64,000 bases of DNA from a candidate division WWE3 bacterium. GTDB lineage: Bacteria; Patescibacteriota; WWE3; UBA101185; UBA10185. Where the stretch lies: NCBI GenBank assembly GCA_052035175.1, contig JBPOHV010000001.1:105569-169568 (forward strand), read 5' to 3'. The translations under genes and the position numbers were made by a program. The notes beneath the pieces were generated by a model, which was given only the letters and a program-made list of their open reading frames with translations, searched no databases and was not told the origin of the DNA. This document shows positions 58,292 to 64,000 of this stretch, one piece after another; position 1 is the stretch's first letter, and every line of letters begins with the position of its first letter.

Positions 58292-58609
58292 TCACCCCCT
58301 GATCTCTGTAACCATACCTGAATTACCTGCATGTTCTGGTGAAGCTTCTATATCCATATTTATGCCGCCTGATATTTTAAGTCCTAGATTGAGTAAAATT
58401 CCAGAAATTAATCCTCCCAAGAGTCCGACCGCACCATAAAATATAGGCGAGACCACCAAGAGCATAAGTACGAGTAAAGCACCTCCTGGTATGCCCGGTC
58501 TTGATAAGATAGATATTCCCATAAGTATTGCTATTGCAAGTCCAAAAATAGTTAGTATTGCTGCGTATGTCTTTGCTAGTGTCCAAACTTCTACTTTTTT
58601 AAAAATCAT
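58292..58609 (-). CDS. small 2-TM protein (DUF3566-like)
   Basis: KKV.V..LAK, GG-rich TMs, N......GGI. Confidence 0.6.
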   Translation of the reverse strand: MIFKKVEVWTLAKTYAAILTIFGLAIAILMGISILSRPGIPGGALLVLMLLVVSPIFYGAVGLLGGLISGILLNLGLKISGGINMDIEASPEHAGNSGMVTEIRG

Positions 58610-58675
58610 AAAAAACTCCTTAAAAGTCTTTATACTTCAAATTAATTGTTTCATAAAAGATGCTAGAATACCAGC

Positions 58676-59116
58676 ATGCATGGTTTAGCAGCTTTACCTA
58701 ATATAGATGAGTTAAATCACGCGCAAGACTTGATTCTTGAGCATAAGAAAAGAGTGAATTCAGTACTTGACGCAGCATATGAGCTAGGCGGTATAGAAAA
58801 TGCTCCATTATCTATGATGAATGATTGGTATGGTGGTTGTACAGATATGCTTGCTTTAGATAGTAGAGTTTTATTGCCTATGGAAGATTACTATATATCT
58901 TTGAGCAAGCAGGCTATGACAGTTTTTAATGGTTTTTCATTTAATAAAGAACTTGATGACCATACATTAGAATTGCTTGGTATACATGCAAGAAATATTG
59001 CGCATTTACAAAATCACCTTCAAATCTTGGATGATGGAGATCCTATACGGGAGCAATTAGCTACTGAGCTGACTCTTGAAAATGACGCAGTTGCAAAACT
59101 AGTAGCTACAAATTAG
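58676..59116 (+). CDS. hypothetical protein
   Basis: 146-aa ORF with TGcTAGAAT 6 nt upstream. Confidence 0.6.
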   Translation: MHGLAALPNIDELNHAQDLILEHKKRVNSVLDAAYELGGIENAPLSMMNDWYGGCTDMLALDSRVLLPMEDYYISLSKQAMTVFNGFSFNKELDDHTLELLGIHARNIAHLQNHLQILDDGDPIREQLATELTLENDAVAKLVATN

Positions 59117-59154
59117 AATGCTCTGGTAAGTCATCGGGGTAGAAGAGCTTGCTC

Positions 59155-59231
59155 CGGGGTATGGCGCAGTTGGCTAGCGCGCAGGGCTGGGGGTCCTGAG
59201 GCCAGAGGTTCGAGTCCTCTTACCCCGACCA
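59155..59231 (+). tRNA. tRNA-Pro (GGG), CCA encoded
   Basis: acceptor cggggta/taccccg, anticodon loop ctggggg, T-arm agagg-ttcgagt-cctct. Confidence 0.93.
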
Positions 59232-59238
59232 TTAAAAT

Positions 59239-60210
59239 TTATAAATAATTATCCTCCATCCAATTTCTAAACCCAACTTTCTTTTCTGCTGTCCTTTGAT
59301 TCCATTCCCAATTTAATATTCTATCCACAATTAAAAAAGCAGGAAGTCTATTCTTAACTCCCAGAATCTCTAAATTGCTTCGACGTGCGTATTCTTCTAC
59401 AAAGTAATTACCTAGCTCTAGCTTACTGTAATCAAGCAACATGCAATACGTACGTGCAAGATCAGATTCACCATAGCCTATGTAAAGCTCCATAAGATCA
59501 AACAATCCGCTTACAACCCAATCATTTGCAGTTTCTTTTAATGCAAGATTTTCTAGTTTAAAGTCTTGCATAACACAAACACCTTTAGTTAGGGTTAAAT
59601 TTTGAAGTCTTTCTGCTACTAAACTTTTTGCCCATTCTTGATCTTCCTTTATGTTAGGGCTACCAGATACTTTAGCTTTTTCGAATCTTGATTCTATGTG
59701 ATCTAATAAAAACTCTAAGTAGCCATTTTCAAAAGGCTTTATCGTATTAGTTCTTAAATCATATTTTCCTGGAAATTCCCAAGTGAATGTTTGCATTTTA
59801 ACAAGGCATTCCACAAGCGCGTTTAATATATTTCTTTGATCGTTAAGCGAATAAGCTGTAACAAATTCTTTGATAGTTAAAGAAACTCCTGGCATTTTAG
59901 GCATAATCACATATGACCACCCAAATATTTCTTCTGACATATCTAAAATATAGGGGTAGGGAACAGGTGTAGAAGTTTTCTTGTAAAGATTATCAGCAAA
60001 AAATTTTTCTGAAGAGAATTGCCATTCATAGTGAGGGCAACCTCTAAAAACAAATTCTCCCTCGTTCGTGGTAACGAAAAAGTTCTGCCCAAATAGGCCC
60101 TCTCTAATTGGTAAAGCCTTTTCTAGAGTACCTAGCCTAAACTTGTTGAGTGCTTCTTGAATTTGGGAATCGTCAATAAATCCCAATCTTTCTGAATACT
60201 TTGTTTTCAT
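59239..60210 (-). CDS. APH/choline-kinase-like phosphotransferase
   Basis: G.FGQN, VPYPY, QDFKLEN, GLFD, ESDLA. Confidence 0.75.
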   Translation of the reverse strand: MKTKYSERLGFIDDSQIQEALNKFRLGTLEKALPIREGLFGQNFFVTTNEGEFVFRGCPHYEWQFSSEKFFADNLYKKTSTPVPYPYILDMSEEIFGWSYVIMPKMPGVSLTIKEFVTAYSLNDQRNILNALVECLVKMQTFTWEFPGKYDLRTNTIKPFENGYLEFLLDHIESRFEKAKVSGSPNIKEDQEWAKSLVAERLQNLTLTKGVCVMQDFKLENLALKETANDWVVSGLFDLMELYIGYGESDLARTYCMLLDYSKLELGNYFVEEYARRSNLEILGVKNRLPAFLIVDRILNWEWNQRTAEKKVGFRNWMEDNYL

Positions 60211-60397
60211 AAAACAATCTTAACAGATAAGCTTTAATTAATAGTAATAATAGCAAATTAGTACCAGTGGTTTCTTAGGTTTTTAAGTAAATTATCTAGT
60301 TGCTGTATATTTATTCTTTCTGTTTTTGATAATCAGTTCTTTTTAAAAACGCGTATCAAAATGTGTCGAACTAACCGTAACAGGTATAATAGGTTTA

Positions 60398-61300
60398 GTG
60401 GAAATTAACTTTGAGACAAATAAAAACTTAATAGCTGTTTTTTCATTATTAAACAGATTCAATCAAGCATTTGGAGAACCAAAACATCCTCTTCGTAAAG
60501 AAATAATAAACCATTTCAAAAACTATTTAGGAGAAGCACCTAAAGTTGAAGATTACATTCATGAATATAAATTAGTTGTGTATTCCCTTTCTGTAACAAA
60601 CATACCAGAATTAAAAATGAAAACACAACTTTCAGAAGAATCTATATGGCAGGCTAAGATAGGAGAAACTATAAAACCTTACTTACTAGATTTTTATAAC
60701 AATACAGATTTCGAGAAATATTATGGGCAGTACATTACGCTACAACTAGAGAACATTGTAATAAATTACAGGAGTATTGTTGAAGCACTAAACTTAACCC
60801 AAATATTAACTACTACTTGGAAAACTAATGTGGAGTATTCTTTGAATATAGTAACTAATCCACTTACCCGTGGATCTTTCGGACCAACCATAAGAGGTAT
60901 AAATTACCAAGTAATTGGTGAAGTAAGCGATAGCTACTTACCGGAACTTATATTACACGAAGGATCTCATCCACTTGCAAAGAGATTTATTGAACCATAT
61001 GCGGTTGATATAGAAAAGTATTCTTATCTACTAGAATTTGCACAAGCACATCCAAAATATTCAGAAGCTTACAATTCTTGGAACACTTGTTTTGAAGAAC
61101 ATTTAATTAGGGCTGTTCAAGTAGGATTATTAAATCCAATGCTACATAAAAGTTTTGATATAGATGCGAGTTTAAGACTTGAAAAGAGTAGCAAAGGTAT
61201 GGTCTTTATAGACACATTTTATTCTGAAATAAAAAATGGGTTATCTGATAAAACTGTAGGTAATATTTTAAATTCACTGAATCAAATCTTCAGTGATTAA
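60398..61300 (+). CDS. zincin-like hypothetical protein (DUF4932-like)
   Basis: HEGSH ... Y..W...FEEHLIRA. Confidence 0.65.
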   Translation: MEINFETNKNLIAVFSLLNRFNQAFGEPKHPLRKEIINHFKNYLGEAPKVEDYIHEYKLVVYSLSVTNIPELKMKTQLSEESIWQAKIGETIKPYLLDFYNNTDFEKYYGQYITLQLENIVINYRSIVEALNLTQILTTTWKTNVEYSLNIVTNPLTRGSFGPTIRGINYQVIGEVSDSYLPELILHEGSHPLAKRFIEPYAVDIEKYSYLLEFAQAHPKYSEAYNSWNTCFEEHLIRAVQVGLLNPMLHKSFDIDASLRLEKSSKGMVFIDTFYSEIKNGLSDKTVGNILNSLNQIFSD

Positions 61301-61812
61301 AATATCGACAAGAATAAATTAGTACCAAAGCCGACCAAAACATATCTACAAAATTTACCAACAAATAAAGGTATTGCATATTTTTTGAATGATAAATCTA
61401 AATACCCTGCAATTAGTCCTATAAAATCATATGGGATGGGTAGCACAGCAAAGACAAATAAAGTCCAATAACCGTATTTGTTCACCCAGTTTTCTACAAT
61501 CAAAACTTTTTTACTTTTACTAATAAACACATCGGCATTTCTGCCCACGATGTATGCCAACGTATCATTTACGACTACACCAGCAGCAGCGACAGCTGAA
61601 AGAATAAAAATATTATAATGTTGAGACATTGTTGGAATAATTACAGTTACAGGTCCAAAAATACCATATAAAAAAACTCCCCAGTACCCAGTCTCTAAAA
61701 ATTGTGTTGGATTGAATGAAATAAAAATGCTTCCAATAGCAAGAATGACTCCTATTATTACAGTAGCTTTTTTAAAGCTATTGCTTTGAATTACATGTAG
61801 GAGTTTTTCCAT
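61297..61812 (-). CDS. DedA/VTT (SNARE-associated) membrane protein
   Basis: AY.VGR, KYG...LF....LPIPYD..G..AG, GK..RY. Confidence 0.8.
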   Translation of the reverse strand: MEKLLHVIQSNSFKKATVIIGVILAIGSIFISFNPTQFLETGYWGVFLYGIFGPVTVIIPTMSQHYNIFILSAVAAAGVVVNDTLAYIVGRNADVFISKSKKVLIVENWVNKYGYWTLFVFAVLPIPYDFIGLIAGYLDLSFKKYAIPLFVGKFCRYVLVGFGTNLFLSIF

Positions 61813-61872
61813 ACGCTAAGTATATATGTTGTAAACAAGCGTGTCTCAATTTGCTAAAATAGCATCAGAGAG

Positions 61873-62424
61873 ATGAATAAAGTGAAAAAGAAGTGTGTTT
61901 TTTTAATAACAATATTTTTAGCATTTGCTATTTTGTTTTATCAAATATTTTATGGGTATTTATTTTTATTCTTTTATACACGTTCTGATGGTGGCAACTG
62001 GTTTGTTAGGGCTTATGCTGATCAGATAGATCCTTGGACATTTAGAGTTACAAAAAAACCTCGACCACTTTCATTTAATTTTATAAATGCCCAAGATAAG
62101 GATTCTATATGGTTAAACTATGGCGGTGATATTGGACCAATTAGTTTGCATGGTCTTGATACTAAAACATTTGAATTTATAAATGGAACCCAATGTTATG
62201 ACTGCTATGCCAAAGATAAAAATCACGTGTTTTACATTATGGATCGTATTTTTAATAAAAAGTTAGATGAAACTCATCCAGGTACGTTATTCCCACAATA
62301 TGTGGCAGAAAATAATAATGCTTTTATTATAGAGAGCGCTGATATAGAAACTTTCAAAGATCTTGGCGATGGTTTTGGTGAAGACAAAGTGCGAACTTAT
62401 TATCGAGGGATTCCAGTAGAATAA
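61873..62424 (+). CDS. DKNYY-repeat membrane-anchored protein
   Basis: YAKDKNHVFY, AD.ETF, DK..TYY. Confidence 0.7.
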   Translation: MNKVKKKCVFLITIFLAFAILFYQIFYGYLFLFFYTRSDGGNWFVRAYADQIDPWTFRVTKKPRPLSFNFINAQDKDSIWLNYGGDIGPISLHGLDTKTFEFINGTQCYDCYAKDKNHVFYIMDRIFNKKLDETHPGTLFPQYVAENNNAFIIESADIETFKDLGDGFGEDKVRTYYRGIPVE

Positions 62425-62440
62425 TATGTATAATTAACAT

Positions 62441-63586
62441 ATGCATTATGTTAAATACCTAATCATTGTTTTAGGCGTATTGTGTGGCATTGCGTTGGCT
62501 TCTACCTTTACCAATAACAAAGTCTGTGGGTGGGAAGGTGGTAAATCTTGGCCGTGCCTATGTTTGGGTTCCACCACGTTATCAAATAGTAATCCAAGTT
62601 TAAAGATAGCGTATTGTACAGGCTTAAATTTGAGTTGTAGTTCTACAGCTCTCAAATTTAACTCATTTCTAGATTTCAATAATGCAGAAATGCCGCTATC
62701 TTGTATAAAGACTGCACTTGATATGATGCCTCAATCATCTAAACCTACAAAGACATTAGATTCCGCTCCAAAAATAGAAGAGAAATATTATGTAGTATCA
62801 CCAAATGGAGAGTATAAATTATCAATAGAATCGCTTTCTGGTGAATGTACGTATAAATTAAAATCTGTGACTAATGACGCTATAAACTTTGGTTCTTCTA
62901 TTGGTTGTACCGTTGTACCAGTTGGAGGTATGTCTGGCTATGTTAGTAATCTTGTAGTTTGGCTAGATAACACACATGTTTTTTTGAATGATCCAACTGC
63001 ACGAAAATTGATTCTCATTTCAATAAATAATACCGGTTTACAGACAGATACGATTAATTATTCTGGTATATACGCCGAAGTTGTTGGAGTAAGTAATGAT
63101 AGTTCAAAAATATTGTGGGGTTCTACTTATTCAACTAGTAACCCTGAATACTTATATACTTTGACTGATATTAACTTAAAGGTACTCAAAACTGTTAATG
63201 TAGATCAAGCTAACTTGGAATCATTGTCTACTTTATTTGTTCCGGATAGCAATGGTGTTTTATTTTTAAAGAAATTTGAAACTGCCGATTTCACACCTGC
63301 TTCGGTTATATCGCTTATTGACGAAAACAATGGGTGTCAATGTAAACCTGAAGATCCTGGCTGTACATTGCAGTGGTTTGAATTTGACTATTTTAATTTT
63401 GATACGCAAGTTTTAAAAACAGTTCTTTTATCTAGCAAAGATTTAGCCACAGAATGTGGTCGCGGATGTTATGGCCCATTAGTAGTAGACGCTGATGATA
63501 AAAATATCACGCTAAAGTTTGATTGTGGGCATGTCGATAAAAAGTTTTATGATGAAAAAGGTCAAATTAATTTAAACTTACCGTAA
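62441..63586 (+). CDS. secreted Cys-rich hypothetical protein, beta-propeller-like
   Basis: signal/TM, CxCxG motif, SPNG/W-LDN repeats. Confidence 0.65.
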   Translation: MHYVKYLIIVLGVLCGIALASTFTNNKVCGWEGGKSWPCLCLGSTTLSNSNPSLKIAYCTGLNLSCSSTALKFNSFLDFNNAEMPLSCIKTALDMMPQSSKPTKTLDSAPKIEEKYYVVSPNGEYKLSIESLSGECTYKLKSVTNDAINFGSSIGCTVVPVGGMSGYVSNLVVWLDNTHVFLNDPTARKLILISINNTGLQTDTINYSGIYAEVVGVSNDSSKILWGSTYSTSNPEYLYTLTDINLKVLKTVNVDQANLESLSTLFVPDSNGVLFLKKFETADFTPASVISLIDENNGCQCKPEDPGCTLQWFEFDYFNFDTQVLKTVLLSSKDLATECGRGCYGPLVVDADDKNITLKFDCGHVDKKFYDEKGQINLNLP

Positions 63587-63589
63587 CGT

Positions 63590-64000
63590 ATGGATACAGA
63601 TATTTCTTGGATTTGGGAATCACCAAAACTAAATCTATTAGCAGAAACTAATTTCAAAAGATATATAGCAATTTTATATATGTTGCTAATCGAAAAAGAA
63701 ATAAGTTTCGACGCATTAATTGCTGGTGGGAATACTGGTTTGATAATGGGACGTCTAGCCCAGCTAACGTTTGATAGGTTGGGTATATCAAAGCCCCCAA
63801 TGCTAAGTATTCCTCATCAAAGAGCAAGGAGAAGTGATCCTGCTACAGACTTACCAGAAAGAACAAATAAAGTATTCGCACTTGGTGTGTACAACCAGAT
63901 TTATGATTTTAATGTTCCAAAAATAGGAAATCTATTATTTATAGATGATGAGATATCTAAAGGTACAAACGCATACACATGTGCTATTTCAGTGCTAGAT
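63590..64000 (+). CDS. phosphoribosyltransferase-fold protein (3'-truncated by window edge)
   Basis: open frame from ATG 63590; LLFIDDEISKGT PRPP-binding motif. Confidence 0.65.
   Translation, partial: MDTDISWIWESPKLNLLAETNFKRYIAILYMLLIEKEISFDALIAGGNTGLIMGRLAQLTFDRLGISKPPMLSIPHQRARRSDPATDLPERTNKVFALGVYNQIYDFNVPKIGNLLFIDDEISKGTNAYTCAISVLD

Overview
AT-rich bacterial chromosome segment (standard code 11) with hallmarks of a Patescibacteria/CPR genome, plausibly WWE3/Microgenomates-like (inferred from gene content, not verified). It has streamlined housekeeping genes (C-Ala-less alaS, groES-groEL, hsp20, rnhA, dnaN, jag-yidC-yidD-rnpA-rpmH, miaB-miaA, rnpB, mltG, ftsEX, tsaE/short tsaB, msrA, elp3, polyprenyl synthase, uppS), envelope/glycosylation genes, a PrgI-VirB4 secretion-like module, tRNA-Cys(GCA) and tRNA-Pro(GGG). 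Many genes look leaderless. Most unusual observations: (1) a tRNA-Cys locus where a small GIY-YIG nuclease gene lies between an intact tRNA and two tRNA-derived copies in which short GC hairpins replace the same internal segment at identical junctions; (2) self-contained accessory gene cassettes, two of whose predicted mRNAs are closed by perfect 13-nt 5'UTR/3'UTR duplexes, one with a long SD-sequestering leader and a Chloroflexota-like C-terminal YLPLVVR tail; (3) an ultrashort-stem-I T-box riboswitch for alaS with an extra gene between leader and alaS; (4) a divergent Elp3 + Trm9-like pair carrying a 22/23-nt repeat inside both coding sequences; (5) an NpmA-like 16S rRNA methyltransferase, a circularly permuted M23 peptidase and an unannotated 28-aa Arg/Lys-rich peptide. 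All homology calls come from recognised motifs, without database searches.
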